A DNA stretch of 64,000 bases from positions 8,370,001 to 8,434,000 of the forward strand of contig CM022670.1 of the NCBI GenBank assembly GCA_012295275.1, given 5' to 3'. The position numbers and the translations under genes are program-made. Shown here piece after piece: positions 1-13,860 of the stretch (positions within the stretch are counted from its first letter, which is position 1; each line of letters starts with the position of its first letter). Origin of the DNA: Chrysomallon squamiferum. Taxonomy: Eukaryota; Animalia; Mollusca. Under the pieces are notes generated by a model. That model had not been told where the DNA came from. It saw nothing but the letters and a program-made list of their open reading frames with translations, and searched no databases.

Positions 1-36
1 TTTTATTACTACTACTATTACAAATTCTGTATCTAA

Positions 37-67
<31 letters not shown>

Positions 68-102
68 ACGATGTTGGATGGATAAAATCATATAGAGACA
101 GA

Positions 103-133
<31 letters not shown>

Positions 134-580
134 ACAGTCAAAACCAAATAAAATCAACTAATATAAATTCAAATCAAATAATCTTTACGACTAACAACTG
201 AACAATAACAACAATCGGAAGCGGGTATCTGTATTCTGAATTTCCTCCTTATTCGGGTGCAGCACCATAGCGCTCCGCTATTGTCGTGTACCCAGGATAT
301 TGGCATGGATCAGACTTAATTCACTGGCAAGGCTGTATCTAATTAAAAACTGGAGTAGGATAAGCTGGTATTTCTGTAACAAACGACTGAACGAATGGAG
401 GTCGTATAGCATAACAGTGTTCGCGTGGAAATGTTTATTATATCGTGTTAAGTGAAGCGAAATGAATTAAAATCTGGACAAGGAGAATTAGTGTAGTCAC
501 ACAGTCAATATTAGTAGCTAGTCGAAGATAAGCCAATTATCAGTCGCGACCATTCAGGAAAAAAAACCCCGTTTATCCTG

Positions 581-851
581 CAGTGGCGGATCTAGAAAGG
601 TAGTTTTGTTGGTGGGGGTATGGATAAAAATTACTTTTTGTTTTTAAATGCCGAAAATAAAATGAGTCTGCACTCATCTGCCGTAATAGAAGATTATGCT
701 TTGCTTCAGTACCACTTGAATCTTTATTTCAGTTTTTCTCCACATCAAACATTCTAAATGTGAAGAACTTACAATTAATTTTGTGGCTTTGTAAACATAC
801 AGTGGTATAGACGCTTTAAATGAGCTTTTCAAAGTGTTAGATCTGCCCCTA
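581..851. mobile_element. Possible short non-autonomous DNA transposon (MITE) remnant
   Basis: Imperfect terminal inverted repeats: CAGTGGCGGATCTA (581) and TAGATCTGCCCCTA (838-851). No clean target-site duplication seen. Confidence 0.35.
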
Positions 852-1560
852 CTTTATGCAGTAACAGTAAAAAGTAATAACGAAATAAATACGTTGACAT
901 CGACTGCAATATTAATTTTTTTACTATACGATAGGTGAAATAGCAACAGAGATTGTTTCAGGCAAAACAAAGCAATAAAAATAACACTGTACTAGTCATT
1001 CAGAACGGCTACATTTACGCATTTCCCGAAACGAATCCCTTTTATTAGAATTCAACTGCATTAATGTCGTTCTTTCTTGAAAAAAAAAAAAAAAAAAAAA
1101 AGAAAGAAAGAAAAAGCATATTCAACTGGTATTATGAAATATTAATACTGTGATTAGTTTCAGTTTTAATTTTGATCAGAAATGAAACTGATATGACAGG
1201 AGAGATGATATTTTCATAGATCACATCAAATAATATTAAAATACAACAATGATGCGCAGTCAACTGTAACGTGTAGACGTGGAACAGTGTGGAAAAAATA
1301 AATATAAATACATTCATAGATAAAACACATAGTTGTGTAGTTGTGTATGTATATATATATACAGTTATATACGTGTTTGTGTGTATGTTTTTGTGTGTGT
1401 TTGTATGTATGTTGTATGTATGTATGTATGTATGTATAATAAATTCATCAACATTTAAGTAGAAGAAAACAAACAAGAAATTACTGTAAACAAACAAACA
1501 AAATGAAATATAAAATAATATAATAATAATAATAACAACAACAACAACAACAACAACAAC

Positions 1561-1602
<42 letters not shown>

Positions 1603-3661
1603 CAGATTTTATAAAACAACAATCAAAAAAAAATATATCAGCTACAGCAAAACAACAACAGCTATATTAATTTTATTTCAGACAATTCTAAGTATATAAA
1701 ATATTATTACAAACTGAGCATTTGTTTTAGTATAATAACAGAGTCACTGAATACAAAACAATAGATTTTTAAGGTTGTAATAAGTAAAGTTTTTGTCAAA
1801 CATAGCAGTTCCTGGCTAGATATTAACAAACAAAACAAAAAAAAAACACTGCATCCATACCAACATGAAAAATAGTTTTGCCAGCATCTGCTATTAATAC
1901 CGTTTAAACATTTCCTATTTTCAGATTTTACGATTGTGAATTTGAAAATTCAGTTCTTTGTATCTAGTTTCTCAAGAGATGTATTCATTCTGTCACGCCT
2001 GTTTAGTCAGTGCAATAATAAAGAGTTACCAATCAAAACAAATTTATTGTCCAAGCTGTCCGTTTTAAGTTTCTAAATATTTTTGTTTCGCCAGATCTCT
2101 ACACGCCTAGTGAACAAAACGCGACTCCCATTGTAATGTGATGGTAAAACTGTATCAGCATATACAAAAAAGAATACAGAAAAAAAAAAATCATGTGTTT
2201 ATACCAAAATGGTTATTCACATCATTTGGCCTTCTGAACCAAATCATCATATGAGAACGTTTGTACCAAGTTGTCTGTTTGCTAACAACCTCCTGTTCTT
2301 GTTGGCATTTCAATTAAAATAGAAGGTCGCCTTAAACAAATTAATTCAAACCCGATTTCTTCGGTTGTCGTACAGGTATTGCTGTCCTAGGCAGGTAATG
2401 TGGGGAAGATGCCAAGCATTGATGGATTTGTTGACACGGGGACGTCACCCTGACACCTGTAACCACGTCTTCTGTTGGAAAGAAGATCTGGAGAGAGAAT
2501 TACTTTTCTAGTTCGACAGTCCATTATTTTCAAATCTTGTAATCAACGATTAATCCCAAACCAATAATTACCTCGTCGAGATTGCTTTTTTTTTCTTTTC
2601 AGTTTTCACTCTTTTCTCTCTTTTGTCAGTTTTCTAAATAGTGTACACGTTATCGGTCCATGACGTCGTTTGCAATGTTACGTCATCGTTATTACATCGA
2701 GGCAGATGGAATGTTCAGAGGCTGAAATCCAACGTAACATGCTGCCCTGTTATTTCAAAGGTTTTTACAAATTGAAAAAACATAATTATGGAGAGGAAAT
2801 TGTTTCCATGCCAAAGATAATAAACACGATGGCGATGTTCCCATAACTAATGTAGCTGCAGGCATCTTAGTGATGTCAGCTGGGAAAGGCTGCCGTGAAA
2901 TCAGTGAAAAAGATAACACGAGATAAGATGAAATGACTTCCTATTGTCGCTTTGTGTCACGAGTTCAAACTGTGACTGTCATTACTGGTAAATCCTTTTG
3001 TTTCCCGGACAGGTGAAATACAGGTGTTGTAAAGACTTTACTCGCCAGTTGCAATGATTAAGACTTGATGGTCTTAAACACATCCTCGTAAACCCAAGAG
3101 TTGAATTAACAAGTCAGAATAGAAACCATTCTTCAAAATAATTTTCTTGCAAATTAACATAAACTAATCTTTTTTTTAATGAAAGAAAAAATGTTTTTTT
3201 TTTAACAGATTTACGTTGACTAGTATGCTGATATAAAACTTCATTTTAAATTAAAACGAATTAATTTCTTAATATTGCATTTCGCGAATTTTATATACAA
3301 TCTCGATTTTTCATTTCTGTCCTTTGAAAAATATATTTAAAATAACCATAATAAGTTATTAATTTTATTATTGTTGAATATTTTATTTATTTACTTCTTG
3401 TTAATAAGCATTTAGTTTATTTAAGTTTACAGTGAATTAAAATAAGTAAATATAACCAGATGTTTCAAACTAAAACAAATAGAATCTGAACCACAATCAG
3501 TGCATAAAGCTGTATACAGATAAATAGGTAGGTATGTTCATTATCACTGTTTTCCCCATTCAGTAACCAAAGTTTCTTTTCAACAAGGATATCGATAAAT
3601 GTTAGTATATAAAAAAAAGAACATAGAAAAAGAAAAGAAAAACACACAAAAAGTTAAACAA

Positions 3662-3719
<58 letters not shown>

Positions 3720-3849
3720 AAAAGAGAACTGAAAAGGAAAGAAAGAAAGAAAAGAGAAATAGAAAAATAATCGACAAATTTATTTATGATATCTATTTGT
3801 GTTTGTTTATATTTTTCTATTTATTTATTTCATTCTGCACGCCCTGTAA

Positions 3850-3889
<40 letters not shown>

Positions 3890-4356
3890 CTCTATTCTCC
3901 AAAGTTGGATAAGTTTATATTTAATTGTGTCTGACTGTCTAGCAGACATCACATACACCATGTTAACGTCAATAAAACTATTATAAAGATAAAATATGGC
4001 AGAAACGCGGCGGGATCATGTTTTAAGATCATTTTTACGACTTGTGGGATATACAAACTTTATTGTTCGAGAGCAGTGACATTTCAGTTAGGGCCATTTT
4101 GAAAACGGAACCTGCACACGTTCGTGGCTTTATTGCAGAATTAAAACTGAAGTGTTCTGAAGAGGGGTAGGAAACCTCGACCTGGTGTGGCTGATATTTC
4201 GATTTTAAAGCTTAGAATTTCTCTAAACGAAATCTCAGATTTCTTAGACGATCATTGTGGAATTCGTTACCAATAGTGATGTAAAGCAGATAAAGGAAAA
4301 CGTTTTAGCACACACCTCACTCGTGTTGCTACAGTAATACGAACTGAATAAAAAGG

Positions 4357-4387
<31 letters not shown>

Positions 4388-5203
4388 AAAATAATTATAA
4401 TGGTTGTTGCTATTGTTATTATTATTATTGTTGTTTTTGTTATTATTATTATTATATTTTTTTTTTTTTTTGTTGATGTTGTTGATATTATTATTATTGT
4501 TGTTATTGTTGTTATTATTATTATTATTATTATTATTTTTTTTATTATTAGTAGTAGAAGTAGTAGTAGTATTAGTGGTAGTATATTTAGTGTTGGTTTG
4601 CAAAGGTTTTTGTTAATTAACAATAACTTGTATTAGTTTCAGAACTGATGTTTTAATATAAATTTACTTCCTTAGCAGGAACAGAAAGTTCATGATTGCA
4701 ACAATAATAATAACAACAAATACGACAAGCACATTATCATGTCACTTATATTTCTCTATGGATATTTTTGTCAAAAACAATTTTCACATATTAAAATATA
4801 AGACAATAATATTATTTCTTCATCGTATTAAAACCAAAAGAAAAAGGAATATTGCAACAACAGTGGTAGAACATATAACTTTAGCTGATCGAAAAAGCAA
4901 TTTTTCCATTCAGGCGATATTAGTATTCTTCATTATCAATTATTTTGTTTGTATTTGCTATTCTTCCTTTATTATTCTCTCCTTTTTCTTTTTCTTCGTA
5001 TTATAGTTACCATCTACTTAATAATGATCATCACCATTGTCGTAATTCTTATTATTAAATTCATGTTCTTTTATCTGTTATTCAGTTAAAGTGATTCTTA
5101 AGAATAACAAAACGTCTTTCTATTATTATAGATAACAAATGCCCTAGTGAGACACTGTTATTGAAAATCTTGGTCTCAACCATTTAGAAGCTGCCACTGC
5201 AAA

Positions 5204-7921
5204 ATGAAAAACTTGTGTCAGTCCATTCCGTTGACTTTATTTCTGACTATCTATTCAAGCGTGGCACAAAACGTATTATTCCGGGTAAAAGAGGAAAAGT
5301 CATCTCCCGTGTTACTAGGCAACGTGGCAATAAGTTCGGGTCTTCTAGACTCCATGGACACAACACAGATTGGATTTTTACGTTACACTGTGGTGTCTAA
5401 TGAAGCCAAATCACATTTACTGTTCAGTATCAATGAAACTTCTAGTGATCTGTACACATCACGGAGTTTGAACAGAGAGACGTTGTGTCAGTCATCAACA
5501 ACATGCCTTCTCCATCTGGACGTCGCTATGCAGTCGTTGAAAAGCACGTTCTTCAAAAAAATTCCCATCACTATTGAAGTTCAGGACATCAACGATAACT
5601 CACCTCAGTTTTCGTTATCTCAGTTTAAGTTCTCCATTCGGGAAGGCGTTGCCATAGGAACGTCATATTCGCTTCCTGTAGCGTCAGACAAGGATTCTGA
5701 TTTAGAGAACAAGGTAAAAGAATATCAGCTGGTACCAAATCAAAAACAGTTTTCACTGGAAGTATCAACATCAGATGGAATTATAACCCGAGTTTGGTTA
5801 GTAGTCAAAGATGAGGTGGATAGGGAATCTGTTGGTATGTTTAGGTTTAATCTTGTCGTTCGTGATGGCGGCGAACCCACTCATTCCGGATCTGTGTCTG
5901 TTGAAATCAGCGTGGAGGACAAAAACGACAACAGACCAGAGTTTCTGAAACAATACTACTCCCTCAACGTCCCAGAAGGTGTTTCTGTTAACACAATCAT
6001 CTTACATGTAGCCGCGAGAGACAAAGACGTCGGGCAGAATGCCAAAATCTCGTACAACTTCCACGGATCGACTGACGAGACTGTCTTGGAACACTTCGAA
6101 ATTGGGAAAGATTCTGGAGATATTAAAGTAAAATCTGCCCTGGATAAGACGGGCGGATCTGTGTTCAGTTTCACTGTTGTAGCGAAAGACGGCGGCAATC
6201 CTTTCTTGAGTTCGACAACCAACGTCTCGGTGACCGTTCTTGACACCGTCAACGACGCGCCTGAAATACGCGTCAACCCTCTCTTCAGCCGCGACAACGT
6301 TGCCACGGTTCTAGAGTCGGCTATCGTAGGAAGGGTGGTTGCCTTGGTGACTGTTCGAGACACCGACAGCGGTGCTAACGGTAAAGTTAACTGTTCTCTT
6401 CCGAGCGGAGATTTTCTCGTTCAAAGCCTACAGCAGTCCGAGTACAAAATTATCGTTGCCAAGCAACTTAACAGAGAAGATGTTTCCTTATACAATTTGA
6501 CAATCACGTGTCAAGATGAAGGGAATCCTCCGCAAGTAGCTTCTTCTTTCTTCCAGATTCTGGTCCTGGACGTAAACGAGTTCGCGCCTGGATTTCTACA
6601 GGAGAAATATTTCTTTAGTCTGGAAGAGAACAACAACCATCCAATGTTCCTGGGTCGAGTGTCTGCTGTAGATGGTGATTCCGGTGTCAATGCAGAGATT
6701 TCCTATTCGTTAGAACAAAGTGCTGACAGAGATTTCAGTATTAATGAAAAATCAGGGGAGATTACCATCCTAGAACAGCTGGACAGGGAGAAAATGCCTA
6801 AACGAATATTCAGGGTATTCGCGTCGGATAAAGGGTTAACGCCATTAACAGGAACGACAACTGTTGTCGTAAACGTAGGAGATCAAAACGACAACGCTCC
6901 TGTATTTGAAAATCTGCCCATCAGATTGACAGTGAAGGAGAATGTCGAGATCGGATACACGGTGGGGCGGGTTTTGGCGGATGACCCGGATCTGGGTGTG
7001 AACGGAGACGTGAGGTACTTTTCTAAAGACCAGACTCACTCGGGTTTGAGTTCTTTCACTGTGTTCGAAAACGGGACAATTGTCACTAAGCGAAAGATCG
7101 ACTTTGAAGAGGCGCAGTCGTACACTTTGGAAATATTCGCAAGAGATAATGGCGTCGTGCCCCAGACGTCTTCGACTTCAGTTACTGTCGCCATTGAGGA
7201 CGAAAACGACAACGACCCTAGAATTGTTTTTCCATTCCCAGACAACGAGTCGATCACCGTTCCCCACGACATGGACCCCGGCAGCGAGGTGGCAATCGTG
7301 CAAGCCTACGACATCGACAGCGGTCTCAACGGCAAATTTACCTTTTCTTTGGTGGTTCTAAACTCAACTAACCTTTTTCAGATTGGCGTTCAGAACGGAG
7401 TCATTTTTCTGAACAGAAAAATCACAGATGACGACATTCGACTTTACAAAGCTATCATCAGCGTCCAAGACAGAGGAATTCCTCAGAGGGAAACACAAGC
7501 GCTGCTGCATATAGACATCTACTTCAACGACGGCAGCAAATCTGTGCTCGCCAGTAGTGACAGCAACATGAAAATTGTCATCGTTCTGGTCTGCATAACA
7601 GTAAGCCTTGCCATAGCGGTTTTAACGACTTTGTGCATCCTGAAACACATAGACAGGACTAGAAAACAACCGCCTCAAAAAGACTCCAATGACAGTTATC
7701 AAACAAGAGTCTGTGAGACTGTGGAAGTCAAACTGGACACGTATCCACCTTCAGTGTTTCAAGTGTCAGAGACAGTCAGATCGCCCAAAAAATCAGTGAC
7801 GTTTAAAACGGACAAATCGCAAAAACACCCTACAGACTGTACAGAAAATAACAAATATAAAGAACTCAAACAGCCCAGGAAAGAAAATATTATAAACGAT
7901 TCTACACCTCATTCATACCAT
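5204..7921 (+). CDS. Protocadherin, large first coding exon: signal peptide, 7 cadherin repeats, TM helix, start of cytoplasmic tail
   Basis: 917-aa ORF with cadherin Ca-binding linkers (DINDNSPQF, DKNDNRPEF, DTVNDAPEI, DVNEFAPGF, DQNDNAPVF, DENDNDPRI), AxDxD/LDRE motifs and TM IVIVLVCITVSLAIAVLTTLCIL. Phase-0 donor CAT|GTAAGT at 7921/7922, so the last 11 ORF codons are intronic. Upstream 5'UTR acceptor ttattcag at 5085. Confidence 0.96.
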
Positions 7922-8290
7922 GTAAGTGTTATTATTTATTTATTTATTTGTATATGATAGCTGTTTTGTTATTGTTTAGGAGTTTTTAAATCAGGAGGGT
8001 TCGGCAGTTACAAACTATCCCCATTGAAAGGGAAAAAAAAAAATAAAAAAATAAAACATAAACACACATACATACGATTTTATTGTAACAACAACAAAAA
8101 GGAAAATAAAAAAACAACAACAAATCAAGAAAATGACCGAAAGTTAATGATAACAACAAACAAACAATGACACAAAACAAAGAACAAAATAATAATATCA
8201 AACAGAAGGCTTAAACCTTGAAAAACAACGCTAACAAGGCTCTGTTTGTGGCTTGCTATCTTCATTAATTATAAATCTTTTGTCTTCAAG

Positions 8291-8416
8291 TTTGTCAGAC
8301 CAGATTACGGCAAACAAGCGCCACCTGGCGGCCGTGAAGTGAGCGTGGGAGATATTCTAGAGCAGCACCAAGCCCTTGTGAGATCCATTAAGTCAAAGGG
8401 TAGAAGAAATTATCAG
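8291..8416 (+). CDS. Protocadherin cytoplasmic exon 2 (FVRPDYGKQ...GRRNYQ)
   Basis: Acceptor tgtcttcaag|, donor CAG|GTAAAA, 126 nt, phase 0-0, open frame continuing exon 1. Confidence 0.8.
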
Positions 8417-8797
8417 GTAAAAATCAATATTTCATACAGGTTTACCTTGATTAATTTACCTGGCAAATACCGTATTTAGTATTTCATATACAGTTTCAGT
8501 ATGGGTTGGAGTGGAAACAACAATACGGCGAAAATATTCTATGTTTGATTTGCAAATAATAAATATGTAGTACCACTGAAAATAAGTGTATATTATTTAA
8601 TATTAATTCAAAATGCATATAAAGTGTTTGTACAATGGAAGTGTATGTGTGAGAGTGCACCTGTGTATATTTTATGACTTATGTATCTTGCCTAATTAAT
8701 TCATTACCTACTTTTAAGCGTGCATGCTAATGTATATATGTGTATGTGTATTAATGTTTCGAATCGTTTACATAAAAAAAATAAAACATTAATTTAG

Positions 8798-8833
<36 letters not shown>

Positions 8834-8883
8834 ATCTAACTTGAAATTTATGTTTTTAATTAAATAAATTAATATTATTTTAG

Positions 8884-9000
8884 GCTAAAGATATATCAGA
8901 ACTGGACCCGGATGTGTGGAGCGACACATCGCGCGAGACTATAGGAAGTGATAGTGGGCATGGCGGAAGTGACGTAGACGTCAATCAAAATAGTTTGAAG
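8884..9000 (+). CDS. Protocadherin cytoplasmic exon 3 with CM1-like motif (AKDISELDPDVWSDTSRETIGSDSGHGGSDVDVNQNSLK)
   Basis: Acceptor atttttag|, donor AAG|GTAAGC, 117 nt, phase 0-0. SDSGHGGSD resembles the DSGxGDS core of the delta-protocadherin CM1 motif. Confidence 0.85.
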
Positions 9001-9154
9001 GTAAGCTACTTTTCTTTATACAAAACAAATTTTCAACCGAAAATTATTTATTTATTCTTACTGTGAATGTATGGTCATAATCCAGGGTAAATAAATTTCT
9101 TGTCTATTTTATTTCATTTGAACAAAGACAACAATATCGAAAAATAGTAGTAAA

Positions 9155-9155
<1 letters not shown>

Positions 9156-9221
<66 letters not shown>

Positions 9222-9253
9222 TAACAATAACAATAATAATAATAATAATAATA

Positions 9254-9320
<67 letters not shown>
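9156..9320. repeat. (AAT)n microsatellite
   Basis: Direct reading; explains the poly-N/I/Y/L ORFs. Confidence 0.95.
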
Positions 9321-9323
<3 letters not shown>

Positions 9324-9484
9324 CAACAATAAACAAATAAATAAATAAATGTATTCTTTGTAAGTAATAAAAGATTCAAAACAAATAAGTCTGGGATCGA
9401 AGCACGTTATTCCTACTTTTTAACGAAACTGTACTGTTAAAACATTAAGTATCTCTGGAACAGATGTAATTTATTCTTACTCAG

Positions 9485-9550
9485 CACTGTTCAAAGCTGA
9501 CCTGTTTAATCTCAGGTGACAATATGATGCCACTAAAATATTTTCCATAA
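9485..9550 (+). CDS. Probable protocadherin terminal coding exon (HCSKLTCLISGDNMMPLKYFP*)
   Basis: Acceptor ttcttactcag|, phase 0, TAA at 9548-9550. An alternative acceptor at 9515/9516 would give VTI*. Confidence 0.55.
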   Translation, partial: HCSKLTCLISGDNMMPLKYFP

Positions 9551-9706
9551 AAAAGCATCCAGCAGTGAAATGACCAAAGCAACACGTTTATACGCTTATC
9601 CACACGACATATCTTGTTTTATGACAAAATAAAAACGTGCTATCCAAAACCACCATAAAAGCATTTTATATTCTCGGAAACAGTAGAAACTTTTGTTCAA
9701 CATCCC

Positions 9707-9737
<31 letters not shown>

Positions 9738-10813
9738 TTATAATAATAATAATAAAGAAAAGGAAAATAAAATAAATATCTAAATTTAGATGACATTTTA
9801 TATTAAGCTTTTTTTCTTTTTTTTTCTGTAAATTTTGTTTTAATGGATGGAGGGAGCTGGATAATGAATAAATGAATGTATGATGGAAGAATGTAAAACT
9901 GATGAATGAGCGCATAATAGCAAGAATAAATGGATGAATTAATGAATAATTTATTATAGAACCCAAAGCACATGTTTTTGTATTAAAATTTTTGGCATTA
10001 ATTTCCTCTAAATTAAAAATAATAATAAATGTAAACAATATGATACCACATACCACAATCTTCGTTAAGCCAGTTTTGGGGTACTGAATGGAAAGAGTAG
10101 CAGATATAAATTATTATACATTTTAGATGTACTTCGGATATGTTTATGTATATATACACGTAATATTGTAAATATAATACTGTAGGTATAACACTGTAGG
10201 CATAATATTCTAGATATAATATTACAGGTGTAATGTTCTATGTAGAAATAATACTGTAGATACAATATTATAGGTTAATACTGTAGGTATAATATTTTAA
10301 ATATAGTAATGTAAATATAATGTTTAAATATCATGTTGAAGATGTAATACTGTTAGTATAATAATGTGTATATAAATACAGTTAGCATTATTTTGTAGTT
10401 GTAATACTGTAAAAATAACACATCTTCTTTACATATTCGTATGCTGTATTTTGTTCAAATGTAAAGCTCAAACGGTTTGTTTTTTCTTTTTATCTATTTA
10501 TTACCATACATTACAAAAATTACTTACTGTATAAACACATCATTATCCATTTGTAAGTAGTATTTACTAATTTCCTATCTTTTTATTTTTATTTTCAGAT
10601 ACAAGTGTAGCAGATTCACAGGGCATGCGCTGTCAGATCTATTACCGGTGCCTTTTTTTTTTTTTTCATAGACATATATCAGAATTCTTCTACATCTTAA
10701 AATTAACAGCATCAACGTGTTCAGACTGAGAAGGAGAGAGAAAAAAATCATTTTTAAGTTGATAAAACTGCGTTTAATCAAAGCGGTCACATGAACCAGT
10801 TTATCAGAAAGAG

Positions 10814-10996
<183 letters not shown>

Positions 10997-12447
10997 ATTC
11001 ATTATCAAACACAGCAAACGTGGAACATTACTTTTTTTTTTGTATATGACATTTAAAAAAAATTATATGTCGAAAACAATATCATCAGGAATTTTGTTCT
11101 TAATATCCAGTGTGCCTCTTAAGCAATCGGGTATTGTATAATTACAAAATATGTATATTAATCATTTAAAAAAAAAATACAGAAGATATTTAATGTAATA
11201 CGTATATTTACAAATTATATTCGAAGTGCTGTCCATTAACTTTGAAGCATTATTTAACTCGTTCTTCGAACGAATAACATTTCAATGGAAATTTCTCAGT
11301 CAAGTCAACTGGGCTATGAAAGTTTTCATCATGAATCATTGACTCCATGCTATAAGCAAATATTTCCTAACACATTAGTAACACGTTACTTGCCACAATG
11401 TCACACTATAGTAATGCATCTACACTATAATAATATTTACATTCACTTTTTAAAACTAAGGTAGCAGACCCTCATTGGTGATTTTAACTTTCAAGACGAA
11501 CCTAGTTTATGATAATTATGAAGAAAAACAGAAAGCTGATCCAGACGGAAGCTTGCTTAAGAAATTATGCTAAATTTTTATATAACGACATTTTATTAGT
11601 AATGGATTTTAAAATGTACCCCTAGAGTAATCAGGAAACTGTATTTTACATGAAAGAAAAGATGTGGGCAAAACCTGTAATACTTGAAACCAAACTGAGA
11701 TTGTTATAATATTATTGTAAATAGAAATCAAAAAGTGCTATTTAAACACATACGTATTTTTTGTGTTTTTTTTCCTTCACAGTGCATAGTCATTGTGTCT
11801 AGTCTTTCTTTTGGAACGGCACTTTTGTTCCACGCCAAAGATTGTCATACTGTTTGAAACGACAGGGAATTTATTGTTTGTCTTCAATTGTTCATCAACG
11901 TGTTGCATTACATTCTGTTTTTATTACTCAGGGAATTTTCATAGTGTTTCGTTAATTATTATCTTTAATTATTATTGGTTAACGAAGGAAAACACAAGTG
12001 CAAAATGACCACAAACACACTATCTTACAGTCGAGGTCCAATTAAGAAAACCCTTTTTTCTTCCAGAAAATGCATATGTTCAGAAAATACTGATTCCATA
12101 TACATTTTTGTTATTAAAGTCTAACTTGTCTGTAAAAAAACGAGAAATTCCAGGTCAGATAACATTTGAACGTGTTCATAATAAATATTGTTATAACTGT
12201 ATATAAGTTGTAAAAATGTCATAATAAATATGTTATTTATATACTGCCTCTTTGTTATGTTGTTTGTAGGTTCAAGATTTAGCCACATTTTCATGAAATC
12301 TGTTAGATCCAAAGAGTTATAAATGATATCTAATACGTAAACAATTATAATAGTCAAAATACACATATGTATAAATCTGAGACATAGAGACGACACGGTA
12401 TAAAAACACACCAACGAATCACTTTTCATATACGTGTGTGTGTGTGT

Positions 12448-12479
<32 letters not shown>

Positions 12480-12998
12480 GCATGCATGCATGTATGTATG
12501 TATGCATATATGTGTGTATGTTTGTACGTATGTACGTATGTATTTTTGTATATATGTATGTATGATATATTTGTGTGTATGTATGTGTGTGTATATTGTC
12601 TGTCTGTCTGTATGTATGTCTGTGTGGGAATGTAAACGTAATTATATATAAAAAAACAAAAACAAAACAACAACAACACCAAAAACAAAACAAAATAAAA
12701 CCCAGCAAAGCAGAAAACAGTTTTATCTGACCTTACTGATAAGTATCACATCACTACATGAAATAAACAAACTCAGTTTTTATTAATGTATGCAACAGCT
12801 AGGGCTTTTGGCAGCAAATACTGTTTCTGCAGATTTCGAACTGTTCTGTTTTAAGAACAAAATATTTAATCACTGGAATATGCCGTATAATATACAGCCT
12901 AGTGAACTGATTGTTCGACCGTGTGACATACACTGTTGGTATATTCAGATAAGTAAAAATCATATTGATTGTTTATAAATAACGTAGATGATCGCTCT

Positions 12999-13098
<100 letters not shown>

Positions 13099-13664
13099 AT
13101 TTATTTATTTATTTACGAAAGTAATTTTTGCATTACATCAGTATCCACTAAATATATCAAAGGTTTGTTTACAAGCCAGGACAATAATTATGTTTTTCAT
13201 TAATTTTTAAAATACATCATCCAATTCATTTGCAGACTGCAATGCATTATGTAATAATAATTATAGAAAAAAAAAAAACTTGAAAATAAATTCTTTTAAC
13301 TTTATCTTACTCTGATTCTAACCATCCTTAGAAAAGCACAGAAGAAAAAGAATTTATTGTTAATACAATTATAAATAAATAAGTTCGAGTTCTGCGTTTG
13401 AGAAACGTAATTTAAATGGAAAAATTTTGTATACAGAAATATAATAGTTTTTGAATTGGATTTTTTGTGTTATCAACAGCAAAACGAAAAGTGTTAATTC
13501 TTTCGTTCTTTTATTCAGTCATTCATTCTTTCACCCGCATACGCATTCATTCATTTGTTAACTCATTCACTCATTCCTTCTCTCAGTCATTCACTCACAC
13601 GCATCGACTCATTCATTCATTCATTCATTCAGTCAGTCAGTCAGTCACTTTTTCATTTAATGTA

Positions 13665-13860
13665 AAAAAAGATGATTTATCTAAAATCAGTAGATTAGTG
13701 ATAAAACGTAGAAAAACAACACCGTAGGCGTCTAATTTCGATTTATGATCAATTCTGAGAGGTTGTCGGGGCTATCACATGACACAGATGACCACGTTTC
13801 ACTTAAACAAATATAGATAACATCTGTAGTGAGGGACGACGTCACCATCATGTAAGTGTG
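13665..13860 (+). repeat. Dispersed ~190-bp element; inverted copy at 60120-60305
   Basis: TCTAAAATCAGTAGATTAGTGATAAAACGTAG..CAACACCGTAGGCGTCTA..TTCGATTTATGAT.AATTCTGAGAGG is the reverse complement of ~60203-60290. Both copies run into a TG-rich microsatellite. Confidence 0.85.

Noticed and set aside
3465-4636. Poly-Leu/Ile/Asn and ER/HT-repeat ORFs (also at 9104-9379, 10787-11141, 12121-12708, 59825-60228, 62053-63403)
   Set aside because: Translations of AAT, AG, AC and ATGT microsatellites.
5215-7361. Short overlapping or antisense ORFs inside the protocadherin exon
   Set aside because: Shadow frames of a GC-richer coding exon, with no independent signals.
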